Shown: piece by piece, positions 46,498 through 53,998 of the stretch
How positions within the stretch are numbered: the first letter of the stretch is position 1
How the letters are laid out: each line of letters opens with the position of its first letter
From: a virus
Length of the DNA: 64,000 nucleotides
IMG/VR virus record: IMGVR_UViG_3300045988_165974
Span: 1 to 64,000 of that record
Strand: one strand, 5' to 3'
Made by a program: the position numbers and the translations under genes
The notes under the pieces: model-generated
Told to the model about the DNA's origin: nothing
The model's input: only the letters and a program-made list of their open reading frames with translations
The model's database searches: none

Positions 46498-46517
46498 TAA
46501 TTGCTGTATGTGCATTT
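46498..46517 (-). repeat. island box, copy 5 (~65 nt upstream of the candidate omega RNA)
   Basis: The minus strand reads AAATGCACATACAGCAATTA. Confidence 0.6.
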
Positions 46518-46653
46518 AATTATATTAACTTTAAGAAGGTACTTATCAAGACACTAAACATTATAAATATGAAACTTCCTAGAATTGTTCAATTTATTTT
46601 GAGGATTTGAACCTCTAAAGCACTTGTTTATTGACTTATTTACCTATTTGAAT

Positions 46654-46673
46654 TAATTGCTGTAAGTGTCTTT
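46654..46673 (-). repeat. island box, copy 4
   Basis: The minus strand reads AAAGACACTTACAGCAATTA, 23 nt after the preceding tRNA-like gene. A T-arm-like GAGG-TTCAAAT-CCTC lies 40 nt downstream. Confidence 0.6.
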
Positions 46674-46695
46674 TGAATGTATATTTTTAGAACAG

Positions 46696-46811
46696 GACGG
46701 GAAGTAGGAGTCGAATCTACAACCTACGGCTTAAATGGCAAATTAAAATGCTGTTAGTGTATCCCTTCTATACACATATTACGTTGCTCTACCCGTTGAG
46801 CTATTCCCGTC
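46696..46811 (-). ncRNA. tRNA-like gene with ~45-nt insert in the anticodon arm (box copy 3 inside)
   Basis: Acceptor ACGGGAA/TTCCCGT, D arm GCTC-AACGGGTA-GAGC, T arm GTAGA-TTCGACT-CCTAC (one A:C mismatch). Only 3 bp of the anticodon stem remain (ACG/CGT). The insert holds the hairpin GTGTAT-(7)-ATACAC + TAACAGCAT. Confidence 0.5.
46745..46765 (-). repeat. island box, copy 3
   Basis: The minus strand reads GGGATACACTAACAGCATTTT. Confidence 0.55.
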
Positions 46812-46818
46812 ATAATGT

Positions 46819-46936
46819 TGCCGAAGAATAGATTTGAACTATTATCCTATAGCTTCCCTGTTTGAAATTGCTGCTTATGTATTTATCAATACATCTATTT
46901 ATTGGCTATTGCTCCAACCATTTGAGCTACTTCGGC
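46819..46936 (-). ncRNA. tRNA-like gene with perfect cloverleaf stems but a 51-nt anticodon loop (box copy 2 inside)
   Basis: GCCGAAG-TA-GCTC-AAATGGTTG-GAGC-A-ATAGC-[51 nt, 46854-46904]-GCTAT-AGGAT-AATAG-TTCAAAT-CTATT-CTTCGGC-A. The loop contains the hairpin ATGTATT-GAT-AAATACAT + AAGCAGCAAT. Confidence 0.6.
46865..46884 (-). repeat. island box, copy 2
   Basis: The minus strand reads AAATACATAAGCAGCAATTT. Confidence 0.55.
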
Positions 46937-47002
46937 ATATTCTAGGGTAGAATTCCTCTACCCCATTTTTTAAACAAACAAAGAAAGAAACAGTAATAAC
47001 TT

Positions 47003-47044
47003 TGAGGTCTGTAGGATTTGAACCTACTGAAACCTTCGACCTCA
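47003..47044 (-). ncRNA. tRNA-like minihelix (acceptor stem + T arm only)
   Basis: TGAGGTC-GAAGGTTTCA-GTAGG-TTCAAAT-CCTAC-A-GACCTCA. There is no D or anticodon arm. It is preceded by ~140 nt of ORF-free sequence that starts at box copy 1. Confidence 0.4.
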
Positions 47045-47181
47045 CATTACTAGGGAAATTAATCCCTAGCATTCAAAAAGGGGAACAAAGAAATCAAACA
47101 ATGCACTATTTACATTCTTGCCAGTCATGTGGCATTTTTCAAAATCCAATTTGTTTTATTTTCTTCTCTTGTATATGTAAT

Positions 47182-47200
47182 AATTGCTGTGAGTGCATTT
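47182..47200 (-). repeat. island box, copy 1 (5 nt after the HU-like gene stop)
   Basis: The minus strand reads AAATGCACTCACAGCAATT. Confidence 0.6.
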
Positions 47201-47205
47201 ACCCC

Positions 47206-47490
47206 TTATATTTCTTTAGTTAATCTTTCTTTTGTACTCTTAGTGAATTTTATATAAGGTACTATTTTATCAGGTGTTTCATATTCATAACAACCTATTT
47301 GATTATCTATTTTACCTGCTCTACCTTTTCTTTCTTTAGTACCTATTTTTATACCACAAATTATTACTTCATCTCTATTTTCGATTACTCTATTTAATAA
47401 TCTTTCTAATCCGTCTACTACCTCTGCTGCTCTAACTTGTGTTATATCTAGTTCACTAGCTATTTCTTTTAACATATCTTTTTTTGTCAT
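47206..47490 (-). CDS. HU/IHF-family DNA-binding protein
   Basis: Start trimmed to the ATG after AGGAGA (MTKKDMLKEIASELDITQVRAAEVVDGLERLLNRVIENRDEVIICGIKIGTKERKGRAGK...). Typical HU fold pattern with a beta-arm RKGR. Confidence 0.7.
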   Translation of the reverse strand: MTKKDMLKEIASELDITQVRAAEVVDGLERLLNRVIENRDEVIICGIKIGTKERKGRAGKIDNQIGCYEYETPDKIVPYIKFTKSTKERLTKEI

Positions 47491-47592
47491 ATTCATTTCT
47501 CCTATCATTAAAAATTTTTAGAACTTCATTTCGGTAAGGAAAATACCGTCTTTTATCGTTCTTACATTTTTAATAAGGAGTTTTACTACCTT

Positions 47593-48786
47593 TTAACAAT
47601 GTTGCTTTGCACTATGTTTTTTATGTCTTTCCTCTGTCTCGCATTTTTTACACTTCGGTCTATATCTATCTTTGTTTTTTGAAAAGTGATGTATTAGTTT
47701 AGTTTCTCCACATTTAGAGCATTTTTTCCATGTTCCTTTTACAACATAAGTGTAATACCGTTCTCGGTACTCCTCCCAATATTTCTTCTCTATTACCTTA
47801 CAAATACTATTTATTGTTATGTTAACCAATTGTTGTTTCATATGTAAGATTTCTATTATCTGATAAGGTTTTACATTTCTTCTGTATAGATTTAAAACAT
47901 TCTGTTGATTCTTTGTAAAAGTACACCTACTAAGTACATCTTCAAAATCCATCATGACACAAACCATATCTGTATCATCTATTCCTTCATACTTCATTCT
48001 AAGTAAGCTTCTTATCTCTTTTTCTGTCGGAATATCAATTTCTTTAAACATCTGTGAACCAGTTGGGACTAAAGGACTTTTAAATGTTATTGGTCTTTCT
48101 AGCAATAATTTGCCATTATTTAAATCGTCTTTAACTCCATGAACTAGATAACTAAGTTCCATAGTTCCGTTTCCACTTTTCATTTTATCAATTAAGTGGA
48201 CATATAAATCGTAATAATTTTTTAAGACCTCGTGTTTTTCAATATCTTTCTTTTCAAACACAACATCTTTTACTTTATTATAATTATGTTCTACTGCTTG
48301 AAATATTGGAAAAGCTTCCCCATTATATGTTTCTTTATTATTTATATAAGGAACTCCTCCATTTCCTATCGCTAATTGATTCATAACTTTTTCTTCTTTG
48401 CAAGCTCTTCTAAACAGCTCTTTACTATTATAGATTTTATACTTTAATTCTTTCTTTTGTTGAACCTCTCCGTCTATTATGTGTTCCTTAGAATTAAGAA
48501 TATAAGTACCTAACCTCTCTAAATAGATTGCTACATTAGAAGTTGAATATAAGCTATCCTCTTTTGATAAGTGAATTTTTATTTTCTGTCTTTCTTCTGT
48601 ATCAAAAAGTTCCTCAAAGAATTCGTCATAAAACTCTTTTCCATTTATCTCATAAGTGCCTAACATATCTTTCACATATTTAACTCTATTGTCACTTCTT
48701 TGGATTGTATAGTCTAATTCATAATAATCTCTGATTGACTTCCCACACAGTTTTCCATAAAAATTGTTATTATGAAATTCATTCAA
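47593..48786 (-). CDS. hypothetical protein with C-terminal sigma-region-4-like HTH and zinc ribbon (possible transcription factor)
   Basis: FTKNQQNVLNLYRRNVKPYQIIEILHMKQQLVNITINSICKVIEK is HTH-like. The terminus is CSKCGE...CKKCE. Confidence 0.35.
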   Translation of the reverse strand: MNEFHNNNFYGKLCGKSIRDYYELDYTIQRSDNRVKYVKDMLGTYEINGKEFYDEFFEELFDTEERQKIKIHLSKEDSLYSTSNVAIYLERLGTYILNSKEHIIDGEVQQKKELKYKIYNSKELFRRACKEEKVMNQLAIGNGGVPYINNKETYNGEAFPIFQAVEHNYNKVKDVVFEKKDIEKHEVLKNYYDLYVHLIDKMKSGNGTMELSYLVHGVKDDLNNGKLLLERPITFKSPLVPTGSQMFKEIDIPTEKEIRSLLRMKYEGIDDTDMVCVMMDFEDVLSRCTFTKNQQNVLNLYRRNVKPYQIIEILHMKQQLVNITINSICKVIEKKYWEEYRERYYTYVVKGTWKKCSKCGETKLIHHFSKNKDRYRPKCKKCETEERHKKHSAKQHC

Positions 48787-48958
48787 TCATGTCCTCTTCT
48801 CTGTTGCCAACTTTATATCTTTATTATAACAATTTTATTTCAGTATGTCAACTTATTTTTTATTTAGTTGTTTTATTTAATTTTCTGATGTTGTTTAACT
48901 TTATACTTACATTATATATATTTAATATTAGTCTGTCAACTACTTTTTTAAATATTTT

Positions 48959-49348
48959 CTATTTTTTCTTAAATATTCCTGCATAATCTACATCAATAAT
49001 TTCAAACAAAGGTAAATTGTTATGTATTTTTGAGTCAACTTCAATAAAAGTACTATTTATGATTTTACATTTATATTTTGTTTTTATATAACGCTTCTCA
49101 GACTCTCCAGGACTTGCTATGTTTGTGTCTATAATTATATCATAGATAATATCTTCCATTGATATACAACTCTTTAGGCATTGAATTACAAGTTCATATG
49201 ATTTAATAGTTAAAAATTCTACATTAATTTCTAAATATAATTTGTCATCCATTGAATATACTTTGTAAAAATTTGGAGATGGTATATCAATTCCATTTAT
49301 ACAAATATTCTTTATATCTCGCAAAATAAACATTTCTCTATTATCCAT
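48959..49348 (-). CDS. hypothetical protein
   Basis: 129-aa ORF. No motif. Confidence 0.3.
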   Translation of the reverse strand: MDNREMFILRDIKNICINGIDIPSPNFYKVYSMDDKLYLEINVEFLTIKSYELVIQCLKSCISMEDIIYDIIIDTNIASPGESEKRYIKTKYKCKIINSTFIEVDSKIHNNLPLFEIIDVDYAGIFKKK

Positions 49349-49360
49349 ATAAATCTCCTC

Positions 49361-49690
49361 CTATAATATATTTTCTTTTTTCATACAGTCTAACGAAATT
49401 GTTTGAAAATGTTTCATCAGTTTATTAATATGTATAGAAAGAAGTTCTGACTTAAGGTCTCTTTCTTTTAAACTATTTAAATATTCTATATTTTCTTCGG
49501 CATCTTGAGAGACTATGTTCATAAGGTTAGTATTGTCTTGATTCATTTCAATTACTTTAATAACAGAATCATTCATAAGAGCTGTTCTACATAGTTTTCT
49601 AAAATTATGATTTGAATCATCGTATCCTTGATTTTTCATATCCTCTATACATTGATTTATTTCATGTTGAAATTCTTTTACATGGTCCAT
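49361..49690 (-). CDS. hypothetical protein
   Basis: 109-aa ORF. No motif. Confidence 0.3.
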   Translation of the reverse strand: MDHVKEFQHEINQCIEDMKNQGYDDSNHNFRKLCRTALMNDSVIKVIEMNQDNTNLMNIVSQDAEENIEYLNSLKERDLKSELLSIHINKLMKHFQTISLDCMKKENIL

Positions 49691-49834
49691 GTTGTTCTCC
49701 TTTCGTAATATAAGGCTCTACAAGAGACATAGAGCTATTCCATTTTATTTCTTGACCATTTTATTGATGAATGATTTTAATTTGCTTAAAACAGATACAG
49801 GGCGATGCCCTGCATGTCATAAGATAAGTGTGAA

Positions 49835-50596
49835 TTATTTTTCTAAGTATTTCACGAACTCTTCTCCATTTGTGCAGAAAGTTTTTATCATAGCCTTCAT
49901 TAAGCTATATGACATTTCAGAATGATTTTGGCTGTCTAATTCTGCACTTGCTTGTTTGAAACTATCTTCTGTATTTTTCTTTAATATTTCTTCTATAAAT
50001 AAAGTACAACTTAACTCCATTCCTTCATAAAGGTCACTGGCTCTGATTGGAACTACTTTATCCCACTCTTCCCATTTGTCATGAGAAAGAACTTTATGAC
50101 CTTCTTCAATCCATTTCTCAATATCTTTAACTCCTTCTAAACTTTTTAGGCACATCTTCTTATTTAAATAATTAGCAACTTCTTCTAATGAATTAAAATA
50201 TTTCCCACCATTTCTTTTTACCATTTTTCCAACTTTATCTAAAGACTTTAATTCATCTTCATCAAAATATAATTCAGTTTCATCTAGTTCATCTAAGTCA
50301 TGTGGTAATATTTTATCATCATCTGCAAAATCTCTATCTAATATACAAAATATTGTTTTTGCTGGTCTTTTGTTGCTATCATCTATTACTTCTGCAATAG
50401 AATATACTCCATTCATTCTAGGAGTTATAACATATAGACAATAATCACACATTTCTCTTTGTCTTAACTCTTCTTGATAACATTCTTCTGTCCAATCGTC
50501 TACGACTGGATTGAAATAATCCACTTTCAACATTGGAATTAATTTTTCTCTCCATTTACTATTATTGCATGTTCCGCCTAAAAATACTTTACTCAT
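49835..50596 (-). CDS. nucleoside 2-deoxyribosyltransferase-like domain protein with extra C-terminal domain
   Basis: The N-terminus KVFLGGTCNNSKWREKLIPML..DYFNPVVDDW...YCLYVITPRMNGVYSIAEVID resembles the Nuc_deoxyri_tr2-type pattern. Recalled from family knowledge, not verified. Confidence 0.4.
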   Translation of the reverse strand: MSKVFLGGTCNNSKWREKLIPMLKVDYFNPVVDDWTEECYQEELRQREMCDYCLYVITPRMNGVYSIAEVIDDSNKRPAKTIFCILDRDFADDDKILPHDLDELDETELYFDEDELKSLDKVGKMVKRNGGKYFNSLEEVANYLNKKMCLKSLEGVKDIEKWIEEGHKVLSHDKWEEWDKVVPIRASDLYEGMELSCTLFIEEILKKNTEDSFKQASAELDSQNHSEMSYSLMKAMIKTFCTNGEEFVKYLEK

Positions 50597-50632
50597 TGTT
50601 ATCTCCTTTCATTTATTGAATTTTATATTGTG

Positions 50633-50676
50633 TCCAAAAAATGTAGCGCCTCTATATTAGGTGCTACAAAAATGGA
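50633..50676 (-). terminator. hairpin terminator copy 1 (core GTAGCGCCTCTATATTAGGTGCTAC)
   Basis: 9-bp stem flanked by A-runs on the plus strand, which read as T-runs on the minus strand. The core is the exact reverse complement of the core at 51188-51212. Confidence 0.5.
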
Positions 50677-51177
50677 CATTTTAATTTTTTATAATTGTTT
50701 TATGACTTTTTATATACTCTCTTTTAAGGAATGTAAAAATTAGACTATCATTTTAGGTAAGTTTTTTCTATCTAAAACACATTTGTAAAATCGCATTTAT
50801 GCATTTTATTTTCTTAACCATTCTTGTAATAAATTTCTCATTCTCTTTGAAGGTATGTATAAATTAATTTCATTTTCTTCTCTTATAGCACTTCTAAATA
50901 GCCATTGTATTAATTCAGATAATGCCCATGTTTCTTCATCAATGTTTACACCCTTTTTTCTGTAAAAGTTTAAATAAGTTTAACCGTTTCTGTCGTGGTA
51001 CATAATACATAACAGTCAAACTACAAAAAAGTGTATTTTAGATAGGATTTTTCTATTTAAAATGTATTTTAAAATACTGTGCCTAATACCATGCGCTACT
51101 TAATCATACAGTATTTTATGGTTTTGATATTTTTTACACTTTCTCTGCAAAGAATCTATTTGTCGATTTTTGTCATA

Positions 51178-51222
51178 TCCAAAAAATGTAGCACCTAATA
51201 TAGAGGCGCTACAAAAAATGGA
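51178..51222 (-). terminator. hairpin terminator copy 2 (core GTAGCACCTAATATAGAGGCGCTAC), just after the helicase gene
   Basis: Same flanks as copy 1 (TCCAAAAAATG...AAAAATGGA) with an inverted core. Confidence 0.5.
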
Positions 51223-51255
51223 TATTTTAGCCTTATAGGTAATAATTTTCTATCT

Positions 51256-52494
51256 CTATTTTTTTATTATTTCACAATTAACTTGTTTTCCGTTTATAAC
51301 AGGTTTAACCTTTTTAATAATATATCCATTATTCAACAAAATTTCTTTTACAGTAGTCCATTTAAGTTGTCTCCTCGCTTCGTTGTATAAATTAAATTCT
51401 TTACATAATTGAGCTTTATCAATTCTTGTCAAAGGAATATCTAACCATTTTTTAGGTAGATTAACTATTTGACTTTCCATAACTTGTGTTGGATTTTTAG
51501 TCCTCACGACAATCAAGTCTATATCATGTCTAACCCTACCTCTAGCTTGTATCTGTTCTGTGATATTGGTAGTATTTATAACAACTAATTCGATGTCTTT
51601 ATCTTTAATATTAACTCCTGTTTCCATAGATTTATTAATTATGATTACATTATAAGGTTCTATCACATACCCTGTCTGCAATAAATATTTTCTAGCTTCT
51701 TCTTGTTTTTCATTTAAAATGTGTTTAGTATTATTCTTAGACCAAATTGAAATAGGATTTAAATTAATCCTTTTACACATAGTTTCAATCTTTTTTATAT
51801 CAGAAATAGTTTTAGTATATATCAGGCATTTAAGTCCTCCATATTCAAAACCCTCTCTATATTGTTTAAGCTGTGTTTCTATTTGACTTATGTGGTTTAT
51901 ATATACTTTTCTTTTGTTTATATATCTCACTATATTTTTGTTTTCATCAAAATCAAACACTTCAAAACTAGATAAAGTTGAAGGAAACTTACTTTGTATA
52001 TTTTCTATATAATAAGGCGTTGCTGTCAATAATACAATTGTTGCATTTTCATATTCTTTAGTAAAAAGCAACTCCATAAGCCTCCATAAATTTTTGTTGT
52101 CTGTAAAATTTTGATAATCAACTAAACTATGAATTTCATCTGCTATAATTAAATCATACTTTTCAAATATTTTCATGCTTTCACAAATATCTAAATTAGC
52201 AACCCTTTTTGCAAAAGAATTATAACACACAACTTCAACTTGAGTTTCCGAATCAATAAATTCATTTTCGTATTCTGATTTTCTGCTAAATGTTTCTTTT
52301 CTTTTGCTATTTAAAACCTGTTCTTCTAAATTACAGTTGTCACATAAATAGAGTTTTTTACCATTATATCTTGGAATTAATTTATTGAATATAAATTCTG
52401 TTTTCCCACTTCCCACAGGAGATATAATGATATTATTGTTTTTGATTTTACTCATGTCAAATAATTCTGATAAATAAAATTTGTCTCTTTTCAA
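51256..52494 (-). CDS. SF2 DEAD/DEAH-box helicase
   Basis: Walker A SPVGSGKTE, motif II IIADEIHS, motif III LLTATP, motif VI QARGRVRH. TTG start after AAAGGAG. Confidence 0.8.
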   Translation of the reverse strand: MKRDKFYLSELFDMSKIKNNNIIISPVGSGKTEFIFNKLIPRYNGKKLYLCDNCNLEEQVLNSKRKETFSRKSEYENEFIDSETQVEVVCYNSFAKRVANLDICESMKIFEKYDLIIADEIHSLVDYQNFTDNKNLWRLMELLFTKEYENATIVLLTATPYYIENIQSKFPSTLSSFEVFDFDENKNIVRYINKRKVYINHISQIETQLKQYREGFEYGGLKCLIYTKTISDIKKIETMCKRINLNPISIWSKNNTKHILNEKQEEARKYLLQTGYVIEPYNVIIINKSMETGVNIKDKDIELVVINTTNITEQIQARGRVRHDIDLIVVRTKNPTQVMESQIVNLPKKWLDIPLTRIDKAQLCKEFNLYNEARRQLKWTTVKEILLNNGYIIKKVKPVINGKQVNCEIIKK

Positions 52495-52576
52495 GATTTT
52501 TCTCCTTTTCTATGTATCTTCCTTTATTTGTATAGGATTTTTCTATCTTAAAAAACAATAAATTTATTTAAATTTG

Positions 52577-52837
52577 TCAACTAACATATTCTTCGAATCC
52601 ATCGAAATATAATTCTCCGTCTATAATTCCTGCCCATGCATAACAGTTTATATCACAACCAGGAGAATCGAACCCTCCTATGTATTTAAAATCTAATTCA
52701 ACATCAAACATTTTCTCAACATGAATTATTACATCATCTACTGTTTCTATTCCATTTTCTTCATCTATTCTTATATATCCAGTTTCATCATCTAAATAAT
52801 AAGAAATTTCTGTTTTTATTCTTTCTATTTTATTCAT
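52577..52837 (-). CDS. hypothetical protein
   Basis: 86-aa acidic ORF. Confidence 0.3.
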   Translation of the reverse strand: MNKIERIKTEISYYLDDETGYIRIDEENGIETVDDVIIHVEKMFDVELDFKYIGGFDSPGCDINCYAWAGIIDGELYFDGFEEYVS

Positions 52838-52954
52838 TATGTTATCCTCTTTCTTTATAGATTTTAACTTCCTTCCTCATTTTTACCTTACATACCTAAT
52901 TTACTTATTATCCATAATACTATGATAAATATAATTATTACATCTGCTATTGCT

Positions 52955-53140
52955 CTATTCATGAAATCCTCCTCTTATAATCCAATCCTCTGGAACTTCC
53001 TCTTGAGTACAATCTCCTAATATTTCACATATAGGACAATTCCCAAATTTTCGCATATTATTGCAATCCTTGCTTGGTACAGATTTACAAGTTTTCTTAA
53101 TTAATTCAAGTGCTTTTATTAACTCTTTTCTATCTTCCAT
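52955..53140 (-). CDS. hypothetical small Cys-rich protein
   Basis: 61 aa with CKSVPSKDC...CPIC..LGDC. Confidence 0.3.
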   Translation of the reverse strand: MEDRKELIKALELIKKTCKSVPSKDCNNMRKFGNCPICEILGDCTQEEVPEDWIIRGGFHE

Positions 53141-53158
53141 TATTTCACCTCCAATATT

Positions 53159-53986
53159 TTATTTAACATATTTTGTTCTCTCTTTCGATAATTCTTCTTT
53201 AGTTATTTTTCTAAGTAATTTAACCCTTTCACAACGAATTTTCCCATCTGTATTATACGGAACACAAACTCCACTTAGCCATTCAAATGGTATTAATACT
53301 TTCCAAATATTTGTTTCTTCGTTGTTAGAGAAAATCTTATATAAATTATTAAAAGAAATTAAATTTTCTTCTATCCATTCTAATGTTGCAACATTTATTC
53401 CATAACTGCAAGTATCAAACCTGTTGGCATCAACTACTTCATTAAGAATCCCATTTTCTTTTATGTCCCAATATTCAGGAATTTTATATTGAAATTCAAA
53501 TAATTTATATGCAATATATCCTTCTTTTGTTTTTTCGAAATTTTTATTTAAATAATCTATTGAATTGATTAATCCTTTTGCATTTGAAAGTTGGCTAGAT
53601 ATAAAGGAACAATGCGAAAATTCTGTATTTGTAAAATCTATTTCTCTAGTTCTTATAAAATCAAAATTACTAGCTGCTAAAGATGCATTTAAAAAATTTA
53701 CATTATCAATTTCTGCTCCTTTAAATAAAGTTCCATCTATAACAGAAGATGAAAAAGAACAATTTTTTATCATAGAATAAGATAGATTTGTATTAATGAT
53801 AAATGAATCATTAAAATCAACATTTTTAAAAATTGCATCTGTTAAGTCTAAGTTTTCAATTCTTTTTTTAGATAAATCTATATTAATCAATGTTAGTCTG
53901 CTAGATTCTTCTGCTTGTCCATTTAACCATTTTTTATGCTCTTTCGCTCTTTCTATGAATTCGTTTATTGACATTTTTGTTTTCAT
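53159..53986 (-). CDS. pentapeptide-repeat protein with C-terminal globular domain
   Basis: About 25 consecutive pentapeptide units (LTDAIFKNVDFNDSFIINTNLSYSMIKNCSFSSSVIDGTLFKGAEIDNVNFLNASLAASNFDF...). Start trimmed to the ATG after GGAGGT. Confidence 0.65.
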   Translation of the reverse strand: MKTKMSINEFIERAKEHKKWLNGQAEESSRLTLINIDLSKKRIENLDLTDAIFKNVDFNDSFIINTNLSYSMIKNCSFSSSVIDGTLFKGAEIDNVNFLNASLAASNFDFIRTREIDFTNTEFSHCSFISSQLSNAKGLINSIDYLNKNFEKTKEGYIAYKLFEFQYKIPEYWDIKENGILNEVVDANRFDTCSYGINVATLEWIEENLISFNNLYKIFSNNEETNIWKVLIPFEWLSGVCVPYNTDGKIRCERVKLLRKITKEELSKERTKYVK

Positions 53987-53998
53987 ACTTACCTCCAA

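Noticed and set aside
46819-46936. Canonical position-37/38 tRNA intron or a group I tRNA intron in the interrupted tRNA-like genes
   Set aside because: The inserts (45-75 nt) are far below group I size. Excision at 37/38 would give implausible anticodon loops (A at position 33, anticodon AUA). I could not draw a bulge-helix-bulge. The nature of the insert is therefore left open.
46498-47200. CRISPR array formed by the repeated box
   Set aside because: The spacing is irregular (93-310 nt) and the repeats are only ~20 nt and imperfect. The intervening sequences are tRNA-like genes rather than spacers, and no cas genes are present. IscB is not CRISPR-associated.
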